From NCBI GenBank assembly GCA_963756875.1, contig CAVWPA010000001.1:608001-672000 (forward strand): a DNA stretch of 64,000 nucleotides, written 5' to 3'. The notes beneath the pieces are model-generated. The model saw only the letters and a list, made by a program, of their open reading frames with translations. It did no database searches and was not told the DNA's origin. The stretch comes from an uncultured Verrucomicrobiae bacterium. Lineage in GTDB: Bacteria; Verrucomicrobiota; Verrucomicrobiia; Chthoniobacterales; UBA10450. Shown here one piece after another: positions 41,419 to 49,444 of this stretch. A program made the position numbers and the translations under genes. How positions within the stretch are numbered: position 1 is the stretch's first letter; every line of letters starts with the position of its first letter.

Positions 41419-41601
41419 TCAATTACGTGATGCGCCGCCGCCGAGGCTCGATGCGCCACCGCCCAGGCTCGATGCGCCGCCGCCCAGGTTCTTGGAGCCA
41501 CCACCGAGGTGGTGAACTCCGTGGCCGTGCTGGCCGCCACCTGTGACATCTTTCTTCACTTTAAGGTCACGGACTTTGTTTTGCTTCTTTCCTTTTTTCA
41601 T
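41419..41601 (-). CDS. Double-glycine-leader secreted peptide precursor 2 (60 aa; core GQHGHGVHH-LGGGSKN-(LGGGASS)2-LGGGASRN)
   Basis: GAAAGGA RBS; leader MKKGKKQNKVRDLKVKKDVTGG; paralogous to precursor 1. Confidence 0.87.
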   Translation of the reverse strand: MKKGKKQNKVRDLKVKKDVTGGGQHGHGVHHLGGGSKNLGGGASSLGGGASSLGGGASRN

Positions 41602-41664
41602 GGGGTTTGGGTCCTTTCTGTTTGGTTTGACTCTGCATCTGCATTTACTTCGGTTGTTCGGTTA

Positions 41665-41679
41665 CCAGCATCCATGCCA
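41665..41679 (-). promoter_or_regulatory. Sigma54-type promoter of precursor 2
   Basis: CTGGCATGGATGCTGGTAA, aligns with the copy-1 promoter. Confidence 0.6.
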
Positions 41680-41721
41680 GATCTTCGTATGTGCGGAAGC
41701 GTTCCTTTGCTTCCTGTTCTC

Positions 41722-41734
41722 AATCAGATACTTG
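41722..41734 (+). promoter_or_regulatory. IHF binding site (precursor 2 promoter)
   Basis: AATCAGATACTTG matches WATCARNNNNTTR at the same 57-bp offset as in copy 1. Confidence 0.6.
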
Positions 41735-41779
41735 CGAACCGAAGATTTCCAGGCCGTGTAGGAACGGAATCGTTAAGCC

Positions 41780-41818
41780 GGTCTAAGTTTTGGTCCACGC
41801 TGGTCGATTATTAGGACG
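41780..41818. promoter_or_regulatory. Twin enhancer (UAS) sites, precursor 2
   Basis: GGTCTAAGTTTTGGTCC and GGTCGATTATTAGGACG, 22 bp apart, same 115-bp offset from the promoter as in copy 1. Confidence 0.5.
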
Positions 41819-42832
41819 CTGGTGGCTCCGTAACTGAGCCGCATTTCGCAGGTGTCTCGCCAGTGTCGCCCGGGAAATGCCGAGCAGCTTCGCCGTGCGC
41901 CTCTGGTTGCGGTTCGTTTGTTCGTACACAAAGTGAACATGCCTTTTGACGGCGCTGGCCAGGGAGAGATCGACCTTGTTCTGATGCGCCAGGGGTGTGT
42001 TTTGAGGCACGTATGGGCTGTGGTTGCCATCTCCTGGCAATCGATCGGGTTCGAGATCGGGAGGGAAGACGACATGCTGTGGAAGAACGACCCGGCCGTC
42101 GCAGAAAAGTGCCATCGTTCGCACCGTGTGATTTAGTTCGCGAAGATTGCCGCGCCAGTCGTGATGAACGAGTTTCTCCATCGCCTCGGGATGAATCGCG
42201 CTGATCGTCTTGCCTTCTTTCGCCGCTGCAGTGGTTAGTTCTCCAGCGATCAAAGCGGGCAATTCTTCGAGACGTTCCCGTAACGGCGGAATGAGCAGCG
42301 TGAGTCCGTTGAGCCGCTGATAGAGGTCTTCGCGAAATTTTCCCTGCCGAACGCGCTCTCGCAAAGAGCAGTTTGATGCGCACAGAATTCGGGCGTTCGA
42401 TTTCAGCATTTGCTCGGAGCCAAGCCGCTCAAATTCGCCGTACTCAAGCACGCGCAGAATCTTAACCTGGGCAAGCGGGCTCATTTCCGAAATCTCATCG
42501 AGGAAAAGAGTCCCTCCGTCGGCAAGTTCAAATTTTCCTTTGACGCTCTGTTGCGCGCCGGTGAACGCCCCTTTCTCGTGCCCAAAAAGCTGGCTTTCGA
42601 GCAGCGTGTCGCTCATGGCCGACGCGTTGAAGGAAATAAACGGCCCGTGCGACCGCGCAGACGAATTATGGATGGCGTGCGCGAGGAGCGTTTTTCCGGT
42701 GCCGGTTTCGCCCAGAAGCACGACTGGCACCTCCGATATTGCGGCGAGTCTCGCCAGGCGCAGACAACGCGCCATTCCCGCGTTGTCGGTCGTGAGATCT
42801 TCGATTTTGAGTCGGTCCAGTGATTCTTGCAT
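41783..42832 (-). CDS. Sigma54-dependent transcriptional activator (bEBP) lacking an N-terminal sensor domain
   Basis: GETGTGKT Walker A, intact GAFTGA, LFLDEI Walker B, FREDLYQRL and a C-terminal Fis-type HTH (AKLLGISRATL). Confidence 0.93.
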   Translation of the reverse strand: MQESLDRLKIEDLTTDNAGMARCLRLARLAAISEVPVVLLGETGTGKTLLAHAIHNSSARSHGPFISFNASAMSDTLLESQLFGHEKGAFTGAQQSVKGKFELADGGTLFLDEISEMSPLAQVKILRVLEYGEFERLGSEQMLKSNARILCASNCSLRERVRQGKFREDLYQRLNGLTLLIPPLRERLEELPALIAGELTTAAAKEGKTISAIHPEAMEKLVHHDWRGNLRELNHTVRTMALFCDGRVVLPQHVVFPPDLEPDRLPGDGNHSPYVPQNTPLAHQNKVDLSLASAVKRHVHFVYEQTNRNQRRTAKLLGISRATLARHLRNAAQLRSHQRPNNRPAWTKT

Positions 42833-42845
42833 GAATGCTGCCGGT

Positions 42846-44033
42846 TTACCGCTTTATGTTTTCGCGCAACTGACGGATTGGCTCGAATGCGTACTCGACC
42901 ATCGTGCGGCTGCCGACGATGATGTGCGCTTCTCCCTTCATTCCAACGCGCAACTTGAGAGATTTGGCGGACCCTCCTGGGATATTCGTCCGATCGAGCG
43001 ATGCCAGGGCGATAAACCGGGAGCCATCGGGCGAAGTGACGGCCGAAGGGCTGATCCAATCCAGCCGGCCATCTACGGCGCCGTAACGCTGGTACGGAAA
43101 CGCATCGAAGAAATAGCGGACCTTTTGTGCAACCGCCAGTTTGGGCAGACCGGTTTCGTTTATGATCATGCGCGCACGCAACTTGGTGTTCTGCTGCGCC
43201 AATTGACATAGCACCTGGCCTTGTTGAACAACGCTCCCAACGGTCCGCTGATCCACCGAGATGACGGCGCCATCATAAGGGCTGCGCACCACGAGCAAAT
43301 TCTGCTGCGCATTTTCCAGGTCCGCCTTGAGAGCGGCTATGCGCACCTTCAGTTTTTCAATTTCGGCCTGGTGCTCGCTGCGCGTGTTCGCATGCTCTGT
43401 ATCCATCCGCTGGCGATCGAGGATGCTTTGCTGAAGCGTTCGCTGTGCGACGCTGAAATCTTTTTCCGCGCCGGCCGCCTCGAGCCGAAGCTTAATGAGA
43501 TCGACGTCCGACATGCCGCCTTCCAGCGCCAGCTTTTCCATTCGTGTGGCAAGATCGCGGCTCGTCTTGGCGTAGTTTTCCCGGAACTTTACTTCACTTT
43601 TCGCTTGTTCGATCTCTTCCAGCTTGATCTTCAGCTGCGCCGCGTAGGCGATTTCGCCTCGCTTCAGGCTTTGTTCTCTGGTGTGCAGATCTTCCGTCAA
43701 GGTCTGCATTTGTGTGTCCCAGCTGCGGATTTCGTCTGACCGCAAAGCAAACAGTTCCGCTCCCTTTTTGACAGTCTGGCCTTCGCGGACTGAGACACGC
43801 GTAATAATACCCTGATGCGGCGATTGAATCGGGTCGGCTCCGGTGGCCGGGACCAAAATGAATGGGCAACGGACTGTCTCTGGCAGGCGCATGACGATTG
43901 CCATCACAAGGGCTAATAGGAATGCCCCCAGCAGGCACCAGCCAGCGGAACGAATGATCCACGCAGGCGGTTCTTGTGGAAGCATTTCCGATTCGGTGTC
44001 GATGGACGCGCGCGATAGGGATGTCGTGCTCAT
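42846..44033 (-). CDS. HlyD-family membrane fusion protein of a type I peptide exporter
   Basis: Single N-terminal TM, VREGQTVKKG, coiled coil, RSPYDG, DAFPYQRYG and LRVGMKG..IIVGSRT..EYAFEP motifs. Confidence 0.93.
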   Translation of the reverse strand: MSTTSLSRASIDTESEMLPQEPPAWIIRSAGWCLLGAFLLALVMAIVMRLPETVRCPFILVPATGADPIQSPHQGIITRVSVREGQTVKKGAELFALRSDEIRSWDTQMQTLTEDLHTREQSLKRGEIAYAAQLKIKLEEIEQAKSEVKFRENYAKTSRDLATRMEKLALEGGMSDVDLIKLRLEAAGAEKDFSVAQRTLQQSILDRQRMDTEHANTRSEHQAEIEKLKVRIAALKADLENAQQNLLVVRSPYDGAVISVDQRTVGSVVQQGQVLCQLAQQNTKLRARMIINETGLPKLAVAQKVRYFFDAFPYQRYGAVDGRLDWISPSAVTSPDGSRFIALASLDRTNIPGGSAKSLKLRVGMKGEAHIIVGSRTMVEYAFEPIRQLRENIKR

Positions 44034-44039
44034 TGTAAC

Positions 44040-47000
44040 TCAGATACCCAACTGTTGACTCGAGAGATAGTAATAGAGGCCCCGCTGTGCCATCAGTTCG
44101 TCGTGCGTTCCTACTTCGGCGACGCTTCCTTTTTCCAGGACGACGATCGCATGCGCTTCGCGGATCGTGCTGAGGCGATGCGCGATCACAATCGTGGTGC
44201 GTCCCGCCATTAATCTTCCAAGATTGTCCTGAATGGCGCGCTCCGATTCCGTGTCCAGGGCGCTCGTTGCTTCGTCAAAAATCAAAACGGGGGGATTATT
44301 GTAAATCGCACGGGCAATCGCGATTCGCTGTTTTTGTCCGCCGGAAAGGGAAAGGCCCGATTCGCCAATTTTCGTTTCGTAACCAAGCGGCAGCCGCATG
44401 ACAAAATCATGTGCCGCAGCGGCCTGGGCTGCGCTCAGGACACGATCGAGATCCGGCTCCGGATCGCCGAATGCGATGTTGCGCGCGATCGTTTCATTAA
44501 ACATGTGGTTTTCCTGCAGGACCATTCCGATATGCCGGCGCACATCGCGATAGTTGAGAGTTTTTAAATCGACGTTGTCGAAGAAGATGGTTCCCTCGGT
44601 CGGCTCGAGCAGTCCGGCAATCAGCTTGATCAGCGTTGTTTTCCCGCAACCGCTCCGACCCACGAACGCCACCATTCTGCCCGGCGCGAGATCGAGGTTT
44701 ACATTCGTCAGAATGTTCGGCGCTTCCGGGCCGCCGTATTTGAAACAAACACCGCGCAATTCGATCCGGCCTTCCAGACTATGCACCGGCGCGAGCTGGG
44801 AGCGGTCGTGCCCTTGCTCCGGCTCCTGCTCGAAAATGTCGTTCAATCGATTGAGCAGCACGGAGGCCAGTTGCAGGCTGTCCCAAACGCCGAGCGTGCG
44901 CAGGATGCCGGAGTAGGCCATTGCCGTCAGCGAGCTAAACGCGACGAACCCGCCGACGCTCAAATGTCCGTGAATGACTTGCGTGGCGCCCACCCAGAGA
45001 AAGATCGCCGTGGAAAGCAAACCAATGCTCTGCAGCACGCTGTCGTAAGACATGACAATAAAGCCCGCTCTGAACATCTGCTTCGAGACCGACAGGAACT
45101 CGTTCAGCATCGCGTCGCGAAACGCGCTTTCGGCCGATGCAGCTTTGACCGCCTCGATCCCTTTAATGGCGTCGATTTGATGCGAACTGTATTTGCCCTG
45201 GCTTTCTTCCACGCCCGCAAACAACGGGCGTAGCACTTTGACGGAGAAAATCATCAGCCCCACGTACAGTGGCGTGGTTGCCAGAAACGCGAGCATCAGC
45301 AGCGGGCTGTAGAGGCCCATCAGGCAAAGCGCGCCGGACAGATAAATGAGAGCCAATAGTGCGCCGATCCCTTGTTGTACCGCGAACTGTCGGACCTGGC
45401 GTGCGCCGTCGAGTCGCCGCTGAATATCGCCTGTGCGCCGGCTTGTAAAATAAGTCATGGGCAGCGAAAGAAGTTTGCGGCTCAGAAAATCAAGCACCGC
45501 CGTATCCAGCCGCACCGCCGCAAAGGCGAGGAGGTACTCCTGCGCGAGCGTGCACAGTTGCACGAATACGATCGCGGCGAGCATTCCGAGCAGGATGATG
45601 TGGAGCAGTCCGATGTCGTTTTCCACGATTACTTTGTCGACGACTATTTGCGTGAAAACGGGGAAAAGAAGTTGCAAAAGGCTAACGGCCACGGCCAGTC
45701 CGAGCACTTGCAACAGGATTACCTTGAATCGCGCGAGGAACGGGAGGATCCACGCCAGCGCCGGCTTGCTCTCCGGCGCAGTTTCAAATGCAGTCGTGTA
45801 GTCAAATAACGCGGTGTATCCGGTCCACTTTGCTTCAAATTCGCGCCGAGGAACTTTGCGCAACCCAAGCGCCGGGTCCGCTACGCGCACGAATTCCGCA
45901 TCGACATCGTAGAGGACGATCCAATGGTTACCTTCCCAGTGAACGATCGCCGGCAACGGCATTGTCGACAGATTGCGCAGTGACACCTTCAGCGCGCGAG
46001 CCGCCAGCCCCAGCTCCGATGCAGCCCGCACGAGCGCCTTCAAACTGGTGCCGTCGGTCGCCGTGTGGCAAAGCTGCCGAATGCGAGCCAGGCTCACTTT
46101 TCTTCCGAAATGACGGCAGATCATGCCCAGGCTCGCCGCGCCGCAATCCATTTCGTCGATTTGTTGAACGTGTTCGATCTTGCGGATGCGCTTCCCGCGT
46201 TTGCGGAAATAGCCCTGCTCGTCCGCGAACGGGTCTTCCCCGTCTTCGGCTTCACCCGGCGGCTGTTCGCCATCGAGCTCGGTTTTGTCAGCCCGTCGCG
46301 TCTCGGCCGGAAGCAATTCCTCCGTAAAATCGAGCGGAATTCGCGCTTCCGTTCTCGCCTGATAAATTGCCAGCCGCTCGCCAAGCAGTTTGTCGAATTC
46401 CGGGAAACGGCCTCGCAATTCCAGAACGGAATTCGGATCGAGCGCGAGCAGTTTGCAGTCCGTAAACGCTTCTACCGACGCTCCTCGCGGCGCGCCGATC
46501 AAGATCGATAATTCGCCAAAAAAATCGCCCTCGCGATAAAAAGCGAGGTTGGTTTCGTGCCCGCTCCCATTGGTAAACGCGCGCGCGCGCCCTTTCTCGA
46601 TCACGTACATCGGGCCGGCAACATCGCCTTCCCGGATGATTAAATGGCCTTTGGAGACCCCGAGAGGCGTCAGCTTGTCGATCATACTGCGTAACGCCGG
46701 CCCTGGAAGCCGTCCGAAATTGCTGAATTGATACAGAAAGCTCTGGACGGCGCGGTTTCGCCCAATCATCTCGATGTAGTGCCGAAGATCGGGAACCTGT
46801 TGGACCAGCTGGAGAAAAGCCTCTCGGTCGATTCGCAAAACTTCCACTGCTGTGCTGCATCGTACCGTCGCTGAGCGCGTGCCGCCCTCCGCCAGCGCCG
46901 CTTCGCCGAAGCTGTCGCCAGGTTTTAGGATCCCGAGCGGAATTTCTTCTCCGTCGGATTTAATTTTAAGCGCGCGGGCGCGTCCGTGCGTCAGGATGTA

Positions 47001-47153
47001 AAACGAATCGGCCGGATCGTCCTGCCTGACAATGATGTCTCCGAAATCGTAGTGTTCTTCCTGCAAAAGCGGTTCCAGCGCGGCAAAATGCTCGTCGGAA
47101 AGAAATCGGAACGCTGAGGACCGCCTGATAATCTCGGTATCGCGCGCACTCAT
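44040..47153 (-). CDS. Peptidase-containing ABC transporter (2x cNMP-binding, C39 peptidase, TMD, NBD)
   Basis: cNMP motifs GDSFGE..RSATV and GDFFGE..RGASV; C39 motifs Q..EMDCGAA, HWEGNHW and VADPA; GRSGCGKT, LSGGQKQR and DEATSALD. Confidence 0.95.
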   Translation of the reverse strand: MSARDTEIIRRSSAFRFLSDEHFAALEPLLQEEHYDFGDIIVRQDDPADSFYILTHGRARALKIKSDGEEIPLGILKPGDSFGEAALAEGGTRSATVRCSTAVEVLRIDREAFLQLVQQVPDLRHYIEMIGRNRAVQSFLYQFSNFGRLPGPALRSMIDKLTPLGVSKGHLIIREGDVAGPMYVIEKGRARAFTNGSGHETNLAFYREGDFFGELSILIGAPRGASVEAFTDCKLLALDPNSVLELRGRFPEFDKLLGERLAIYQARTEARIPLDFTEELLPAETRRADKTELDGEQPPGEAEDGEDPFADEQGYFRKRGKRIRKIEHVQQIDEMDCGAASLGMICRHFGRKVSLARIRQLCHTATDGTSLKALVRAASELGLAARALKVSLRNLSTMPLPAIVHWEGNHWIVLYDVDAEFVRVADPALGLRKVPRREFEAKWTGYTALFDYTTAFETAPESKPALAWILPFLARFKVILLQVLGLAVAVSLLQLLFPVFTQIVVDKVIVENDIGLLHIILLGMLAAIVFVQLCTLAQEYLLAFAAVRLDTAVLDFLSRKLLSLPMTYFTSRRTGDIQRRLDGARQVRQFAVQQGIGALLALIYLSGALCLMGLYSPLLMLAFLATTPLYVGLMIFSVKVLRPLFAGVEESQGKYSSHQIDAIKGIEAVKAASAESAFRDAMLNEFLSVSKQMFRAGFIVMSYDSVLQSIGLLSTAIFLWVGATQVIHGHLSVGGFVAFSSLTAMAYSGILRTLGVWDSLQLASVLLNRLNDIFEQEPEQGHDRSQLAPVHSLEGRIELRGVCFKYGGPEAPNILTNVNLDLAPGRMVAFVGRSGCGKTTLIKLIAGLLEPTEGTIFFDNVDLKTLNYRDVRRHIGMVLQENHMFNETIARNIAFGDPEPDLDRVLSAAQAAAAHDFVMRLPLGYETKIGESGLSLSGGQKQRIAIARAIYNNPPVLIFDEATSALDTESERAIQDNLGRLMAGRTTIVIAHRLSTIREAHAIVVLEKGSVAEVGTHDELMAQRGLYYYLSSQQLGI

Positions 47154-48244
47154 TCAGCGGAGTCTGCGGAAGGCAGACGCGGTTCGATGTATTTCCCCGT
47201 TAGCTCGGAAAAGTGTCGTTCAACCAGCCGTCGATCGATCCGTAGCTGCACCTCCGGATCGTCCGGTTGCGGTTCCACTTTCTTGACGATTCGATAAAGC
47301 TCAAAGCCGTCGCCTCGCGCGACCGGTTCCAGGATGTCGTCCACCGCGACGCTTAGAAATCTCTGCTGCAAATCGGGCGGCACATCCTGGCGCAGGAAAG
47401 AAACGTTGTTGTAAGGGTATCGACCCTCGGCGGCCACTTCCTCCATCGACATCCCGTCTTCGCGAATGCAAAACAAAGCTTCCTTGGCTGCATCGCGCGA
47501 TTCTACCTGAATGACCTCCGCCTCGAATCGCGTAAGCGGCATTCGCATCGTGGCCAGCTCTTTTTGTCGTGCCTGCGGCTCGAGCAACGTTTCTCTCCGG
47601 CGCCGGTACGCAGCTTCCATGGCCAGCGTTTCTTCAAACCACTGCGCGTCACGCCCGAGCCGACTCAACCAATCGGAGAGCTCTGCCTCTGTGATCTTGG
47701 TTCGATCGAGAAATCGTTGCCGCTCGGCGGCGTTTGTCTCCGTATCGACACTTTCGTTCGCTTGTGCCGCCAGGGCCGCCAGATGCCACATCAACTCTGT
47801 CGTCAAAAGATCCAGCTGACCCGACAAAATTAATTCGGCGATGAAAAGTTCGCGCAGTTCAGGCGGCGCTGAAAGGAGATCGATCGCGCCCGGCTCGATG
47901 GCTTCGTTTACGGCGTTGATCCAATACTGCCGCGCGAGATGATCGCCGAGATGGTCAAGATTCAAGCCGCGAACCGCCAGCCATTGTTCGGTTTCCTCCG
48001 CCGTGATCAGGTCGCGCTGGTAACGGAAAGCTTCCGCGTCGCTGTCGATCGCATCTTGATCCAACTCCAATTCAAGCGCGTCTGCCCTCTCCTCCGCTTT
48101 GATCCGACGCAGAAATTCGCTCCAGGTCGGCCCGATCTCGCCGCGAAAGACTGCGGCGTGGATCGCGTCGCGCGCTTTGTCACTCCTGGGGCCGCATGCG
48201 CAGACGACCAGGTCGTCAAGCGAGAGTGATTGGAGATCGCTCAC
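47150..48244 (-). CDS. SurA/parvulin-like (peptidyl-prolyl isomerase-like) accessory protein of the peptide export locus
   Basis: Overlaps the transporter start by 4 nt; FRYQRDLITAEETEQWL helical segments and a C-terminal parvulin-like pattern (AKEAL..IREDG.SMEEVA..ILEPV..GFELYRI). Confidence 0.65.
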   Translation of the reverse strand: MSDLQSLSLDDLVVCACGPRSDKARDAIHAAVFRGEIGPTWSEFLRRIKAEERADALELELDQDAIDSDAEAFRYQRDLITAEETEQWLAVRGLNLDHLGDHLARQYWINAVNEAIEPGAIDLLSAPPELRELFIAELILSGQLDLLTTELMWHLAALAAQANESVDTETNAAERQRFLDRTKITEAELSDWLSRLGRDAQWFEETLAMEAAYRRRRETLLEPQARQKELATMRMPLTRFEAEVIQVESRDAAKEALFCIREDGMSMEEVAAEGRYPYNNVSFLRQDVPPDLQQRFLSVAVDDILEPVARGDGFELYRIVKKVEPQPDDPEVQLRIDRRLVERHFSELTGKYIEPRLPSADSAE

Positions 48245-48397
48245 GAAAGCGACTTTCTAAATTTTTTTGCGCAAAAAGTCGAGCCAATCGTGGCGCCAAT
48301 TTTAGGCCAGTTGTTACTGTCGCATAAACAACTCGACGTGTGACTGTTATGCAAAACCGGTTGACGAGAGGTCGCAGTAGACTGTTCACTTTGAGCC

Positions 48398-49312
48398 ATG
48401 CCGCTGACCGCTTCCCTTCGCCACCTGCTCGCGCTCTCCATTGACTACGCCGGAATGTTTCCGCCGTGCAGTCTGGCCTTGACGCCGGCGCTGGAAAATC
48501 AGGCCATTTACGTGCGGTCAACCGATGCCTGGATGCTTTCCGGGTTCGTCCTGCCGGTGGCGCAGTTTCACGCCGCCGGCAACAGTCTTTCCCGCTTCGA
48601 TTCGGAGCATCCTTTAAAGATCTCCGCGCTGGGGCCCAAGGCCAGTGACGCAACTGATTTTATCAACGCTTTGAAGAGCACAATCGAGACGATTCATTCC
48701 TTCGAGGCGCAACACGGCGATTCTGTTTCGGTCGTTCAACTTGAAATGCCTTTGCCAGCGGAATTTGACGACGTTCTGCTACTCACGGACGCGAGGACGA
48801 TCGTCGGCGGCCTTACGGTTTTTTGGGAGGCCCCCGCAAATACGGCGGAACGCATCATCGCGTTGCTGGCCGAGCACCGATCCGGGAAGGCCCCCTTTGG
48901 TTATAAGCTGCGGACCGGCGGCGTGACCCCAGATGCATTCCCGGCGCCGGCGTCGGTTGCGCGAGCTCTGATGGCCTCTGCGAAACATGAGGTGCCGATC
49001 AAGTTCACCGCCGGTCTGCATCATCCGCTGCGACAATTTCGACATGAAGTGAACACGAAGATGTACGGATTTCTTAATGTACTCGGTGCGGCCGTGCTGG
49101 CAGCCGAGCATCGTTGGAACGAGCAACAGACCCTGGCGATGCTTGAAGACGAGAACGCCGCCTCGTTTGCCTTCGACGACAATTTCTTTGCCTGGCGTGA
49201 ATGGAAGATCGAGAATCGGCAGATCGAAGCGCGCCGGAAATTCGTGAGTTCGTTCGGCAGTTGTAGTTTCGACGAACCGCGCGAAGATTTGCGCGCCTTG
49301 AATTTATTGTAG
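48398..49312 (+). CDS. Conserved hypothetical protein upstream of fahA
   Basis: IDYAGMFPP, KLRTGG, KFTAGLHHP, GFLNV and SFGSCSFDEP conserved-looking blocks. Confidence 0.8.
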   Translation: MPLTASLRHLLALSIDYAGMFPPCSLALTPALENQAIYVRSTDAWMLSGFVLPVAQFHAAGNSLSRFDSEHPLKISALGPKASDATDFINALKSTIETIHSFEAQHGDSVSVVQLEMPLPAEFDDVLLLTDARTIVGGLTVFWEAPANTAERIIALLAEHRSGKAPFGYKLRTGGVTPDAFPAPASVARALMASAKHEVPIKFTAGLHHPLRQFRHEVNTKMYGFLNVLGAAVLAAEHRWNEQQTLAMLEDENAASFAFDDNFFAWREWKIENRQIEARRKFVSSFGSCSFDEPREDLRALNLL

Positions 49313-49444
49313 GCGGTCCGTGCCAGACGGCATAGTTGGCGTTTCGCAGAATGGAGCCGGCGGGCGCCGAGCGACATAGACGGGAAGCCTGGAAGGTGAA
49401 GCGAGCTGGCGTGAGCGAATCAAACGCCCTACAATTGCTCCCTG

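Noticed and set aside
48271..48309. Sigma54 promoter for the export operon
   Set aside because: TGGCTCGACTTTTTGC has an 11-nt GG-GC spacing, and TGGCCTAAAATTGGC has the right spacing but poor flanks; neither is convincing.
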